Shown: positions 1-13,380, counted from the stretch's first letter. The stretch: DNA of 64,000 nt from Octopus vulgaris (GCA_951406725.2 OX597823.1:103230001-103294000), one strand, 5' to 3'. Numbers and translations: made by a program. Notes: generated by a model not told the origin, from the letters alone.

Positions 1-97
1 CAACTACATTCTCGGGGTGGTTGGTGTTAGGAAATTGTGTCATCTTGTCATTATCTCATCCTTTCATGCTTACTGGTTCTACATTATTGAATATGCG

Positions 98-456
98 ATA
101 CAAATAAGAAGATGATATTCTTTCAAATGCAGAGTTACCGCTAGAACGGCAAAAATACTGGGTAACTTACCCTTACAAGGTGGACAAATTTGCAACAACC
201 AGCCATGGGACTTGAACCCATAACCCTTAGAGACTCGGGTTGGGTGCTTTACCATTAAGCTAAACTGCCCACTGACAAATTCATCTGCCGAATTAGATAC
301 TAAAAACTTTAGCTTTATATAACAACCATGTTTGTGTAAAGAAACAAATATTTGAGTTCCATGGTTGGTTGTTGACAAATTTTTCTACCTTTTTAATGGT
401 AAGTTACCCAGTATTTCTGCAACTCTGTGTTTGGAAAAATATAATCTTATTTGTAT
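98..456. repeat. Imperfect fold-back (arms ~98-217 and ~352-456)
   Basis: atacaaataag...aaatactgggtaacttacc...caacaaccagccatgg is mirrored by ccatggttggttgttg...ggtaagttacccagtattt...cttatttgtat. Confidence 0.8.
198..269 (-). pseudogene. tRNA-like sequence (tRNA-derived SINE head or pseudo-tRNA)
   Basis: The minus strand has a D arm GCTT-AATGGTA-AAGC, a T arm ATGGG-TTCAAGT-CCCAT and Pol III A/B boxes. The anticodon arm is abnormal and the acceptor stem is only partly paired. Confidence 0.65.
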
Positions 457-707
457 TGTACAATACACATTTCAACTCCTGATAAAAAAAAAAATTGTTT
501 GCTTACATTTATACACATGATTGAATATGCATGTTTTTTTGTTTTGTTTGTAAGGAGGATATGACAACCTCTTTAGTGCTGGTACCACATTAAAATATAC
601 TCTGTACCCTCTGGAAGGTGGTTGGTGAAAGGAAGGGCACCCAGGCATAGAAACCATTCTGAAAATGAAATATACAAGCATCAGTCTGTGAAGGCAGTAG
701 CTTCCAA

Positions 708-906
708 TCATCATCATCATCATCATCGTTTAACGTCCGTTTTCTATGCTAGCATGGGTTGGACGGTTCGACTGGGGTCTGGGAAGCCATGGAGGCTGCA
801 CCAGGCTCCAATCTTGATCTGGCAGTGTTTCTATGCCCTTCCTAACGCCAACCACTCTGTGAGTGTAGTGGGTGCTTTTTATGTGCCACCGGCACAGGTG
901 CCAGGG
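708..906 (-). mobile_element. SINE family A 3' part with (ATG)n tail
   Basis: catcatcgtttaacgtccg..ccatgctagcatgggttggacg recurs at about 2600-2853(+), 4270-4492(-), 5295-5469(+), 41098-41383(-), 43794-44146(-), 45925-46052(-), 46575-46723(+), 47750-48180(-). Confidence 0.85.
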
Positions 907-2346
907 CAGGCTGAAGAACTGATTTTGACTGTGATGACCTGTTCCAACCTACCAGTATGGGAAAGTAGATATAAACATGTTGATAATAATAGGGTGTGAT
1001 TTGAAGAAGATGTGGCTGCTATTTCTACAAATTGAGAAACTGCTTATCAGTTCCTTGTTTAGCTTGTAAGAGCAGAGATAAATAAGCCTGGAAAGGTTTG
1101 AAGAAGTAAAAGTTATTCCTTGTTGTTCTAACACACCATTATTGGAGCCAACGAAAGTGCCTCTATAAAGTATCTCCACATACTAGAAATAAGTCAAATC
1201 TTCCTCAAATTACAGTTATTTTGTCAGAGCCATAAGTTTTGCTATTGGTTGCTCTTCCTACTTCTAACTTGTAAAGAAGGAGTGAACTGTTTAGTCAGTC
1301 AGGCAAACTGAGATATGTAAATTGTGGAAAAAAACCCCAAAAAAACACTGCTTGTAATTAAATTTGAACTCATCGTCATGTAATTGTTAGTCCAGCTTCA
1401 TCTTACAGCAGTTTTGCTCACATGCAAAAAAAGAAATCATTGTCACTACCATTTCTCCTCTTTTTATTCTTTTTGCATAATTTTGGGGGTAAATTTTGTT
1501 GGAACTAATTTTACCATAGATTTTTATGTTAAAGTCATTTGAAAATTATGCAGTGACCTCCAGCTCTGTAACTACACTGCCTTGCACATTATCTGACTAC
1601 TTTCTGATCTGTCCTCCTTCTTGAGCTATTTTTATCTCTCTCACTTTCCCACCCCATACCAATATTTCCTGTTAACTATACCCTTGTTCATTGCTCATTA
1701 CATTCACCTCTACCCCTATCTCTAAGCTCTTTGCTGTTACTTTCTTCTCACACTTATGAAATTACCCATCCTCTCTGCCTTCCTCCCCTGAGCTACTGCC
1801 CATAATATCTGTTCTGTTCACCTTCTTGCACTTTAAGAGTTTGTTCTTTCTTTCCAGCCACTCCCACCCTTTCCTGTGTTATGTAGGGTAACTATGTATC
1901 TCCTCATATAGCTCGTTCCTCTAGCCTTTCTACACCTGTAGTATAAAGCTACCGTCCCCTCTCTCAAATATACCTCTCCACTCAGTGAAGGGGTCTTTTT
2001 CTCTTTTTTACTTCACTTGCCTTGCAAGTTATTTAATAATCACACATTAGTCCCAGTGGCATGGAGAAAAGGTACCCAGGATGTACTGTAAATTGGTTGG
2101 TGCTAGGAAGGACATCCAGTTGTAGAAACTGTGCCAAAATTGACATTGGAGCTCAGCTCAGTTCTGTAGGTTATTAGATTCTGTCAAACCACCATCCCAT
2201 GCCAGTATGGAAAAACAGGCATTAAATGATGATGAGGGGATGGTGGTAGTGGTGGCAGCAGCGGCTGTTGTTGTTGTTGTTGTTCAAAATGTATTGTACT
2301 TGTTTCACTGCAACGAATAAATTCAACGCTTCTCATGTGATTCTAG

Positions 2347-2432
2347 GAAACATTATCCACATTTTATGATAATACGGAGATGTTATTATCTCAGAAGAGA
2401 GACATTCGAACTGTATGTGGTCTTGATCCAAA
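2347..2432 (+). CDS. RHBDF1: iRhom (inactive rhomboid protein) internal exon, iRhom homology domain
   Basis: ttctag|...|gtgagt; reads ETLSTFYDNTEMLLSQKRDIRTVCGLDP(K), matching the iRhom 'VCxxDP' luminal Cys-rich loop; phase-2 end fits the next exon. The symbol denotes RHBDF1/2 family homology. Confidence 0.85.
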
Positions 2433-2599
2433 GTGAGTATATCGTTCTCTGTATGTGTTGCTTCTTTTGTTGCATTTCTGATGTTGATATATGCTTGTAG
2501 GGCATTTAAGCTTTTGAACATTTGTCTGCTCCCATTTGTTTGTATATGAGAACTACATGATACAATTACCAAATGTGTTCTTTTCTTTTCGTCACCTTA

Positions 2600-2853
2600 C
2601 TGGCACCTGTGCCGGTGGCATGTGTAAAAAGATTTGAGCGAGGTTGTTGCCAGTACCGCATGACTGGACCCCGTGCTGGTGGCACGTAAAAAGCACCCAC
2701 TACACTCTCGGAGTGGTTGGTGTTAGGAAGGGCATCCAACTGTAGAAACATTGCCAGATCAAGATTGGAGCCTGGTGCAGCCATCTGGTTTGCTAGCCCT
2801 CAGTCAAAATCGTCCAACCCATGCTAGCATGGAAAGCGGACGTTAAACGATGA
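2600..2853 (+). mobile_element. SINE family A copy
   Basis: Reverse complement of the 708-906 repeat, ending cggacgttaaacgatga. Confidence 0.85.
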
Positions 2854-3040
2854 ACGAGTAAGTGCGATATGATGAGGATTTGTTTGTTATTTCTAGTTTG
2901 TTGAGTGACTGCATAGAAGCTCTTTCCACTTCAGTGAGTATGTGTGTGTTTGTGTATCAGGTTCCAAAACCTAGAATTCTTGTAGATTGAATGCAAGCTA
3001 GATTAAGGGTGAGAAGTATTTTATTAGGATCTAGGAAATA

Positions 3041-3075
<35 letters not shown>

Positions 3076-3279
3076 ACAGCATTAATACGAAAGATACCAG
3101 ACAATACAGTATTGAGGTGCATCAGAACATTTATGTACTTAATGTAATTTTCTAGCAAACTGGTAACCGAACTTGCTTTGTAGATTGTCATTAGTATAGA
3201 GGCATATGAGTTTTAAGAAAATTAACCAGCATACTATGAAAACATAATGTAGTGAAAAAGACTCAAGAAAATATTACGT

Positions 3280-3660
3280 ACAGGCACAAGAAGCTTGTTT
3301 CCCAACCACATAGTTTCGGGTTCAGTCCCACTGTGTGGCACCTTGGTGCCACACAGTGTCTCCTACCATAACTTTGGGCTGACCAAAACCTTGTGAGTGG
3401 ATTCGGTAGACTCAAACTGGAAGAAGCCCGTTGTATATATACATATATGTGTATGTGTGTGAATGTGTTTGTCCCCCCGCTATTGCTTGACAATTGATAC
3501 TGGTGTGTTTATGCCCCCATAACTTAGTGGTTCAGCAAAAGGGACTGACAGCATAAGTACTAGGCTTACAAAGAATAAGTCCTAGGATCTATTTCTTCCA
3601 CTAAACCCATTAAGTCTGTGCTCCAGCATGATCACAGTCAAATAGCTGAAACAAGTAAAA
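3280..3660 (+). mobile_element. tRNA-derived SINE family B
   Basis: B box gggttcagtccc, body ccaaa.ccttgtgagtggatt.ggtagac, internal (TA/TG)n. Further copies at 32675-33062(-), 52042-52200(+), 54448-54832(+), plus many decayed heads. Confidence 0.8.
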
Positions 3661-4269
3661 CAATATATACACACACACACACACTCATTACCATAGAGTG
3701 TCCACTTTTCCATGCTTGCATCGGTCAGGCAGAATTTGATGATACAGATTTTTTGTGGCTGCCCCTCTTGTTGCCAACTCTAACCTGTTTCCAAGCAAGG
3801 TAATATTTCCCTGTGGCCAGAAGATTAGAAGTGAAAAACATTGCTGGTATGACAGTGATGCTTGTTTATAATCATCATGTGAAATCAACACAAAGACACA
3901 CACGCACACATACATGATCTTCTAGTTCCCATCTACCAAATCGAATTGCAAGGCTTTTGTAAGATGACAAAAGACTAAGAACAACAGCATTAAGTTAAAT
4001 CACAGAATCCAATATATATTGGCAAAGATTAGATGAGTCATCATTGTCTGACTCAGTTTTTATGTCTGTCCTGGATGAGTCTAAGTACCACATCTCTCTT
4101 GTATATACCAGTTGGTGTAGTTTCTATAGTTGGATGCCCTTTCCTAATGCTAACCATTTTATAATGTGTCCTAGATGCATTTTATCATGGCACCAATACC
4201 GGAGAGGCTGCCTACCTAACACTAGTGCACCATCACAATTTGTATGTGTATGTATCAAACATAACTGTC

Positions 4270-4492
4270 ATCATCATTGTTTAACGTCCGTTTTCCCTGC
4301 TATCATGGGTTGGACGGTTCAACTGGGGTCTGGGAAGCCAGGAGGCTGCACCAGGCTCCAGTCTGATCTCGCAGTGTTTCTATAGCTGTATGCCCTTCCC
4401 AATGCCAACCACTCCGAGAGTGTAGTGGGTGCTTTTTACGTGCCACTGGCATGGAGGAGGCCAGTTGAGGCAGCGCTGGCATCGACCACGTA
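4270..4492 (-). mobile_element. SINE family A copy
   Basis: Near-identical to 708-906. Confidence 0.8.
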
Positions 4493-4867
4493 CGGACTGT
4501 GTGGTTATAAAATTCAGTTTGCAACCACATGGTTTTGAGTTCAATCCCACTTTGCAGCATCTTAGGCAGCTGTCTTCTTTTTTAGCTTTGGGTTAACTAA
4601 TGAGTGAAAATGTGCAGAAGTCCACCATGTGTGTGTTTCTGTGTGTTTTATGTACATGAACACACACACCTGTGTGTGTGTATATGTATACACATTGGCA
4701 GCTATACCTTTCATTACTACAGCATTTAGGAACATTAATAATAATGTATAAATATGTTAAGGGTAGTCAGTCAACTAACTCTATCCCATCTTTGAAAAGT
4801 AAATATCTATACCTAGTTATCTTCATTCTCCAAGATTTTAATTTGTTTGCATTCTTCCTGTTTACAG

Positions 4868-4931
4868 ATATTGCAATAAACCAGCATCACAGGTGCCTTT
4901 TGAATGGGACAAGAATATTTTGAACTGGCCG
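4868..4931 (+). CDS. RHBDF1: iRhom internal exon
   Basis: tttacag|...|gtaaga; (K)YCNKPASQVPFEWDKNILNWP resembles iRhom 'C..P.S..P.EWP.DI..WP'; phases 2/0 are consistent. Confidence 0.9.
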
Positions 4932-5294
4932 GTAAGATTGTCTTTAAATATTACTTATTTTCATCAAATGTTATAAGTGTAGCAAGGGAATACAAATGGC
5001 TGGGTGGAGAGGCTAACTATACAAGGGATTAGCAGTTCAGAACATGTTAACAGAAGTGCTTTGTATCTGTAAGCTTAACTCTCAAAGATCTTAGGTGTCC
5101 AGTTAGATACCACGAAGTGGGAACTGATCATTGTTCTAAACAGTGGTAATACTGTTCTATATTTAAGAGATGAGGAATTATGTACATGATTTACATTATT
5201 TACATTTGATGGATATTTGTCCTCATCTTGTTAACATGTTTTGGCCATGATTTAAGGTGTTCCAGTTGTGACCATCATTTTTTAGTTAGACTTA

Positions 5295-5469
5295 GTGGCA
5301 CGTAAAAAGCACCCTCTACATGGAGTGGTTTGCGTTAGGAAGGGCATCCAGCCATAGAAACCTTGCCAGATCAGATTGGAACCTGGTGCAGCTCCCCAGC
5401 TTACCAGTTTTCAGTCAAACCGTCTAACCCATGCCAACATGGAAAACGGACGTTAAATGATGATGATGA
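5295..5469 (+). mobile_element. SINE family A copy
   Basis: gtggcacgtaaaaagcacc...cggacgttaaatgatgatgatga. Confidence 0.8.
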
Positions 5470-5802
5470 GTGTATCTGGGACTACATCATCAAGTGTGCT
5501 CTTCTTTTTTAAAGACAGTTGGATTTGATTTGTAGCAAGTCAAATGACTACAAAGAGCCTTCCTCATTAGCTCATGTGGAATTCATCTGTTTCTTTTCAT
5601 TGAAATTGTTGCTCTCATGGACAGGAATCATAGAAATGTAGCTTGCTCATATCCATTATGCTGTGCTCTCTTGCCAAGGCCCAAAATATATGATTGCCTC
5701 AGTTTCTAGTGGTAGAATTACTCAAAATCTCCCCATGCTAACATGAAAGAGTGGATATTAGATTGCTTTGAGATTTCATCAGAAAATTGTTTTCCTTTTC
5801 AG

Positions 5803-5985
5803 ATTTGTGAAGACGGTACTAAACCAAATCAATCAAAAGCAAGCAAAATTGACCGACATATGTCATGTGAAATTGTAGCCCGACCATGTTGCCATGGTAT
5901 TCAGGGAGAATGTTTTATAACTACACGGAAACATTGTGAATTCATTCGGGGTTACTTTCACGAAGAGGCTTTCCTTTGTTCTCAG
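5803..5985 (+). CDS. RHBDF1: iRhom internal exon
   Basis: ttttcag|...|gtattt; ICEDG...[43 protein letters not shown], the hallmark iRhom RPCC/GYFHEEA motif. Confidence 0.96.
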
Positions 5986-7738
5986 GTATTTGATTTTTGT
6001 TAATTATACTATTAGTACTACAACTACAGCTGCTGTGGTTCTTTTTCTTGCATTTGTTATTTATTAGGTTAAGCACCGTGCACTTGGAGTTTCTAAAGCT
6101 CAGAAGTTCTGTTTCTTCATGCTTCTGTTGCAACACTTCTTTTTTTGCATAAGCTTTCTCCATTGTAAATTGAATTTGGTATTGTATACCAACACTATAT
6201 TCTACCTACTCTTTAACATCACAAGACTAAAACCCTACAAGTCACTACAAATGCTAGGTTTCACAATCTTTTATGTTCTTTCAGAGTGATTTCTTATATC
6301 TGTCACTTTCCCTAAAAAAGTATTCCAAAGACTTGGTTTTCTCTCCAGATTCAGTGATTTGCTGACTCTCTTTAAAGAGCAAGACTGCTCCAGATTTGAG
6401 TGTTTGGTTCACATGTTAAAGAATGTACTGATTCTGTGCCCTCATGCTTTTATTCTCTCTTCCTTCATTCACCCTCTGTCACATTTGCTTTGAACAAATG
6501 AAAACAATGTAGAAAGCACCCTTTTGTCTTGCAGGAGACAACCTTTCTAGTGCTGGTGTCTTGATAAAATGTATCCAGTATATAATGTAAAGTAGTTGGT
6601 AAACATGTGGAAACAACTTAGAATAAAAAGGACCATTTAGTCTTTTTGAGGATATGCCAACTTCTCTAATGTTGGTGTCATGGTAAAATATGCCCCCATA
6701 CTCTTTCTAAAGTTAGTGTTAGGTAGGGGTATCTAGCTATAGAAACTATATGCCATAAATGAGATGTACATTGGAGATGTGGTCCTTTGATGAAGACTCT
6801 GGTTTCAAGTCACAACTGACTCATGCTGTGATGACCCATCTGACCCATGTCAGCATAGAAAGTGGAAGTCTAATGATGATGATCATTGTCAAAGATTTAC
6901 TCACCAACATACTGCAATCACTGCCTTATAAATATGCTATTTCCTCTCTTTCTGTCTCTTCCTCTACTTCTACATAATTACTTCTATTTCCATAAAATAG
7001 CAAGCTGTGTGTCACCTTTGTCAAATCCTACTTATGTACATTCTTTTCCTGCTCTTGTCATCCATATTATGTCTCAGTTTCCAAAACGTCGCATTAAACA
7101 TTTTGCTAAATCCTTCCTATCTATAATTGTTTTCCATCAATCAAATTTCATTCACAGGGCATCAGTCAATCTGAAGGTGTCATGTAGTGGGTGTGAACCC
7201 GAAACCACTTGGTTGCAAAGCCATGATATTTGTTATGAACCATTATATTCTCTTATTAATTCTTTTCTATAATAGTAAATAGCAGATAAAAAATATAGAA
7301 ATCCTGTTTTGAATTGAGTACGAAAGGGTGTCACAGTGTCGAATGATGTTGATGAATTGATACTGTCTTTACCTAATATAAAACCACTCGTCTAATCTAC
7401 TGATTAGATGGCAAGCAAAGTTTGAATAAAAGCCTTTTTTTGAATTGACTTATGTCATTATTAGATTCGTGTTCTTTGCATTGTTTTGTTAATTTGTCAT
7501 GAAAATCTGTAGCCTAAGAAGGCCATAGCTGTATAACCAGAGACACAACTTCTTTCTTCCAATCATCAGACTTACTGCCATTTAGCTCCCTGCTTTTCTT
7601 TGATGTTGTTTGATGACCACCATTCTATTCTTCCTCTACTACTTTTACTAAGGATTTGTCCATGTAAGGCCACTTTCACTGGAGGTTTGTTATTTATATA
7701 TCTATTGATAAATTATATTTAATTTGTATCTTATGCAG

Positions 7739-7839
7739 GTTGACTGTTTGAGTCGAATATGTGGCATGATACCATTCCTCTACAAAGACAAACCTGATCA
7801 GTTTTATAGATTGTTCACAACATTGTTCCTTCATGCAGG
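7739..7839 (+). CDS. RHBDF1: iRhom internal exon
   Basis: atgcag|...|gtaagt; [33 protein letters not shown](G), the rhomboid L1 loop 'PDQFYRL..LFLHAG'. Confidence 0.96.
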
Positions 7840-8225
7840 GTAAGTATTATCATCATTACTGTCATCATCATCATCATCGTCATCACCATCATCACCATCA
7901 TCATCATCATCATTATCATAATCTTCATCATTTGAGAGCAGACCATACTGACATATGAGTGCCATAAAAATTTTAAGATGGTCTGATGCTATTTGAGGAG
8001 GATTTGGCTCCTATTTCTAGCAGATGGTGTGATCTTATTGATGCTACCTTGTTGACTCGACTATTTAAGTAATGCATTAATACATGAGGTTATTGAATTG
8101 AGCTGTTAACAAAATAAGTTTAGTCGTCATCATCAGTATCATCCTTGTCCTGATCATTATCATTTAACATCCACTTTTCCATGCTTGTATGGATGAGGCA
8201 AAATTTGTTGAGGTAAATTTTTCTC

Positions 8226-8256
<31 letters not shown>

Positions 8257-8853
8257 TAATAATAATGAAATTATTGCATACAGTGCTCAGGTGCACCACA
8301 ACTTGTCAAAAGTGTGCATAAAGCATATGCAGTAATGTACAAGTGTCTGGGAAGTGAACAGTGTATGAGTCAGATATATGCTTGCTTGTGTGTATGGAGG
8401 GGAGAAAATCAGGTTTAGTGTTGGTGAATCTCAGGAAGCATGGAAGTTTTGAAGGATGCAGTGCTCCGACAACTAACAACTGATGCCGGCAGTTTGTTCC
8501 ATACTTCAGCAACTTTTAGCATGAAAAAATGTTTCCGAAAGTCATGGGAGCTGTGCTGTTTTCTGACTTTGTAAATATGTCCATGGGTGTTAGACGGGTG
8601 GAGTTTGAAAAGGTGCTCAGAGTTATTGTTTGTAAGATAGTTAATAATTTTATAGGTGTCTGCCAAGTCAGCTGCCAGACGTCAGAGTTTCAATGTGTCC
8701 ATGCCCAGGGAAGTAAGGATATACTTCCTGTCATCAACTCTCACTGGCAAAATGGTATTTTCCCATAGCCAGACGTGCCTTTCTCAAAAGACTAGAAACG
8801 AACATCCTCTCTTGTATGATGCTGATGCTCATTTGCAAGCATCACATGATGTC
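8226..8853 (-). mobile_element. CR1/L2-group LINE 3' fragment
   Basis: Minus ORF ADTYKII...HGHIYKVRKQHSSHDFRKHFFMLKVAEVWNKLPASVV is typical of the CR1-group ORF2 C-terminus; it ends in a (TTA)n tail. Confidence 0.8.
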
Positions 8854-9624
8854 TGAACAAGGATACACACAAACAAACAAATCCTTTTAGCTATTTTGTT
8901 AACAAGGGGCTTGCATAGTAGATTCATACCTTTATATTTAGATAATGATGATAAGTGTTTGTAATTTAGCCAGAAGGCCAGTAATTTTGAGAGAAGTTGG
9001 TTTTAGGGAACAATCTATTACACTGATCCCACTGTTTTATAAACTACATGAATTATATTTATTCAGAAGGTGTAAGCTTTATATTGTGATTGTAAATTTC
9101 TTAGATGTGTTGTAGTTGGAATATCTAATTGGTTAATAGCTATGTCAGTAGAGTATATTAGTAGCTTTGGCCAGCATTGTTTAAGTGATGTTGAAGTAAC
9201 TTTGTTAAGTGAAACTGAGACTGACTCCTGAAGTAGATTCTGAACATTTTTTTGCAGAAGAAAATATGCTTATATATGATGTGCAGGAATGGCTGTGTGG
9301 TTAAAAACTTTTCTTCACAACCTCATGATTTCAGGTTCAGTTCCACAGCACAGCACAGCACTGTGGGCAAATGTCTTCTACTTCCCAGGCCAAGCAATGC
9401 CTTGTGAGTGAATTTGGTTGCCTGCACCAATGTAATTTCTTTTCTGTAGAAATTAGCTGAATACCTACTATTTCTTTATTGCCCACAAGGGGCCAAACAT
9501 AGAGGGGACAAACGGATTAAGTCGTTTATATCGACCCCAGTTCATAACTGGTACTTATTTAATTGACCCCGAAAGGATGAAAAGCAAAGTAGTTACATTA
9601 ACTGGTTGGAATTCAACTGGAATT

Positions 9625-9667
<43 letters not shown>

Positions 9668-9789
9668 ACAGATGCACCTAGGTTTGCATGGATGTATGTG
9701 TGTACTTTATATTTTATTTCTACATTGTTTCTAACTCTGCTGGTGTTAATCTCTCTAAATATTCTAGTGTTTTCATTGATTTATTTCAG

Positions 9790-9943
9790 TTTCATCCACC
9801 TGATACTTACAGTGTTATACCAAGCTTTTGTGATGCGAGATATTGAAAAATTAACTGGTTGGTTGCGAATATCTATCATATATCTTGGCAGTGGCATTGC
9901 TGGCAACCTTGCAAGTGGCATTTTTCTACCATATCAAGTGGAG
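9790..9943 (+). CDS. RHBDF1: iRhom internal exon (TM helices)
   Basis: tttcag|...|gtattt; [51 protein letters not shown]. Confidence 0.96.
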
Positions 9944-10999
9944 GTATTTTATTCTTTTCAATTAATAATGTTAATTAGGAGAAACATTGTTTTATATGTG
10001 TTGTGTATATTGCTTTCTTTCTTTTGCTGAGCTTACTTTTGAGAAAAGATGTTACAATATAATTTAATGACAGAAAATGCCTGCCACTGGATCAAGGGAG
10101 CCCGCTTAAGGTGCTCAGGGTCTGATTTAGGTTGGACCTTCTGGTGGGTAAAAACTAGGAAGTGGTTGCAAGTAGAGTGGCATTCTGACTCTCACAGAGA
10201 TGTCTCTGAAGAGCCAAGTGGAAATTAATGATGACATGTAAGCATGTACTGAGAGTGATACACTTGCAGAAACATCTGGACACACGTTGGAGAAGGCATG
10301 AAGCTCTCCACTGTTACTACCAACTCTTCAAGGTGTGAATAATACAACTAGCTCACATCTGCTTCTTTCCTTCAACTCAGGCTTCACAAAAGCAAAGACC
10401 TTGTTGAAATTGCACCAAAAAGCCTTTGTTGAGAGACAAGAGAAAGACTGAAACTGAAATAAATAGAAGCCAGCCCTAAATTGAAGGCCATAAGACACAA
10501 CAGTCATATAAAAGGTCTGTTACAAAACCAAAATACAAAAGGTTTCAACACTAACATCACCTTCATCACAAGAAGAAAACCCAATTTTACAAACACTCAC
10601 AGCATGAAAACAAAAAAGAAACACCTGAAAAACAAATTGACCAACAGACACACTCTCAGGTACTTACTTCATTAACTTCATTATTGTTCAGAAGAGCAAC
10701 TTTGAATTGATTGAGGAAGTAATTAAAAGCAAAAACGTCTTAATTGGGGAAGGCTTTGTTGAACTCCTCCCGAAAACTCCATTGGACAGAATGTTAATCC
10801 AAACAGATACGAATGTGTTTCTGTTTGGATTTAAAACAGAAATTCCCGTAGGACATTGGAGTGTTTAGTCAAATAAAACTTACTAGAAACACCTTTCCCC
10901 ACTCTCCCCTCAGCCAAAAAGAAGACCGTTTCAACAATCATCCTTGAAGTCAAAGATAAATAAATCCATTTTATTTTCCCTAATCTAAATGGCTACACT

Positions 11000-13380
11000 T
11001 AGAGTAGGTTGTGTAAATGCTCATGGCCTAGATTTGGTTTGGAAGAAGACTATGAGATATTCTCATCTTGTGGTCTATCTAGAGTGAGTGGCAGAGCAGC
11101 AATGCTATTCCAAAAATCCTTAGGTCCTAAAGTAAGGGCAGTTTTCTTGGAACTAGACAGTAAGTTGGTGGTCCTAGACTTGAATGGCAGTGAAGGTGGT
11201 GCCATTAAAGATTGGGGGCTATTTATGCTCCAACAGGGGCTAGAAGGCCAGATTTCTTCCAGTGTCTAGAAGCATTGTGAACAGTGGAGATGTGACATGG
11301 CCACAAAACCACAATTGAATCTTTGACAAATCAGGACAGGCACATGCTACTTGGTTCTGAGCAGATGTGTGTGATTTTCCAGCAGCACTTTGCACAGCTG
11401 TTTGGGGAGGGTAATGGTTGACGATAGTAGCAGACTTTAGTTCATATGTAGACATTCTGCCACAGCTCTCAGCAACTGTCATGAGGTTCTGTGAAAAGCT
11501 GATAATGGCCACAGAAATATAGGCGGTGACGAGCAATTGTACAAGTCACAGATTGCCTGGTTTGGATGGTCTGCCTTATGGATTCCATGCATTCGAGCCA
11601 GATTTGTTTCGTGGCCTCTTGGCAAACTTCTATCGTAACTAGCAGCAGAACAGGGGAATTCCTAGTGCTGTTAGCCAGAGTGTGGTGACACTGCTGAGGT
11701 AGGACACTGACACTGGGGATGTGCTAGGGAATTTTTGGCCCATAACTCTGCTAAACTGAGAGTTTAAGATTTTGGCCAAGGTGTTAATGAAAATATTGGT
11801 GCTTGTTGTTAGCAGTCTGGTTGTGGAGGTGCAAACATGTAGAATCCTAAACAGATCTATCCATCACAACCTCCACCTTATGTGATACATCATTGAAAGG
11901 GCTGGAATTAAACCTGGTCTCTGTGGGGCCCTCATCAATTTGGATCAGTTGAAAGCATTCGATAGCTACTTAGAACCTGTCCTGAAAGTGACCGGTTTCA
12001 GATATATTTTCAGAGGCTGGATTGTTGCAATGCACAGTGGCACCTGCTCAGTGGTAAGAACTGGGATGAGGTGACAGACAGGGTGGTCAGATTTAGCCAG
12101 AAATAGGCAAAGAGGAAGCTGTCCCTGAAAGGTCAGGCAGAGGTGGCAAATGCCTACATTGCTTTTGTCATCATTTATCACCTGATCTTTGTGCTTTTCC
12201 CCAGTTACTGCTTGATCAGGTGGAAGGGGCGTGTTTCAATGGTTAGGCAGTTAGTCTGCTGCCTGCACCCTCTGCACAGGCACGCTGTGGCTTCTGATGC
12301 ACAGACATGCATTCAGATTGTGCCACCTGCAATGATTTCTAGACAGTGAACATGTGTGTGGGCTCTATGGAGCTGCAGTTCTGGGTGAAGGATAGACTGA
12401 GACTCAGCACCTGGCACCTAGAATGTTGTCAGGTGTTCCACTAAGAATTAGTAGCAAGAAAGTGCGACAATGTCCTCAGGGAGACCCTGGACATTGATGA
12501 TAATAAATTGGCTAGACTGTTCTGGAGGACTTTCCAGGGGACTACTGTGGATAATTTCCAGATGTCTTTGGCCTGGCCATGCTACCAGTTTGAGATCAAT
12601 TCTACAGGAACAGATATGTTGTCAGATGAACTTATCTGAGGTGTGTGCAGAGTGATGAAACTGTTCTGCATTCACTTGTTTAATATCTAGTTATTGCTGA
12701 CTTATGAAGTTATGTTGAACAACTGCTGTCACAAGTGGGACGGATCCATCTCTTGGTAGAGTCTATAGTGCTGATAGCCCCACCACCCTTTACTTGGGCA
12801 GGCAAGACAGTTTTCCTTTGCTTGGGGGCTGTGGCAAAAGAGATTGTCTGGTAGATGAGGCCGAAAGGAATGAGGACAGTCATTCTTCTTTGGTAGAGCC
12901 CTCATCGACTCTTTCAAGTTTCACTTGAAAAGGAAAGTGAAGGTAGAGAGGGAGGTGCTGCCCTCAAGTGAATTTATTGAAAGGTGGATGAAAGTTTCAG
13001 AAATGATACTGTTTGAAGTGTAGACCTGTGAGTGGGCGTACTGTTCTAAGACCTGTGATTCAGAGAAAAGGAATTGGAGAGGGCACTTGTTCTTGGTATT
13101 CCGGGAGATCTTGGATGGTGGAGTTCCTTGATTATCTCAAAGAGGTCTTCCTGATACAGGAAGATCCCATCATTATTTCATTATTTTACTTATTTTTTAC
13201 TTCCTTTTTTTTACTGTTGTATATTATGTATACTTCCCTTCTTTGTTTTATTGCATAGAGAATGTATACTTTCCTTTTTTTTAAAAATCATTTTACTTTA
13301 TGTAAATCTTCATGAATTATGTCTGTCATTGTATTGTTCCCCTCATCCTTTGCCCTGGTGGAAAATAAAAGAAATCATCA
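11000..13380 (+). mobile_element. Decayed Tx1/L1-clade LINE (APE endonuclease + RT remnants)
   Basis: FSSCG..SGRAAMLF..KLVVLDL..IYAP (endonuclease), then PGLDGLPY, PITLLN, KILAKVL, RSIHHNLHL, GALINLDQLKAFD (RT); many stops and deletions; T-rich 3' UTR ending aaataaaag. Confidence 0.8.

Noticed and set aside
198-269. Functional tRNA gene
   Set aside because: The anticodon arm cannot form a canonical 5-bp stem with 7-nt loop, and the acceptor stem is mismatched
622-999. Recurrent short ORFs such as ...SVVGAFYVPPA... (also 2566, 41045, 43870)
   Set aside because: Translations of SINE family A copies, not a protein family
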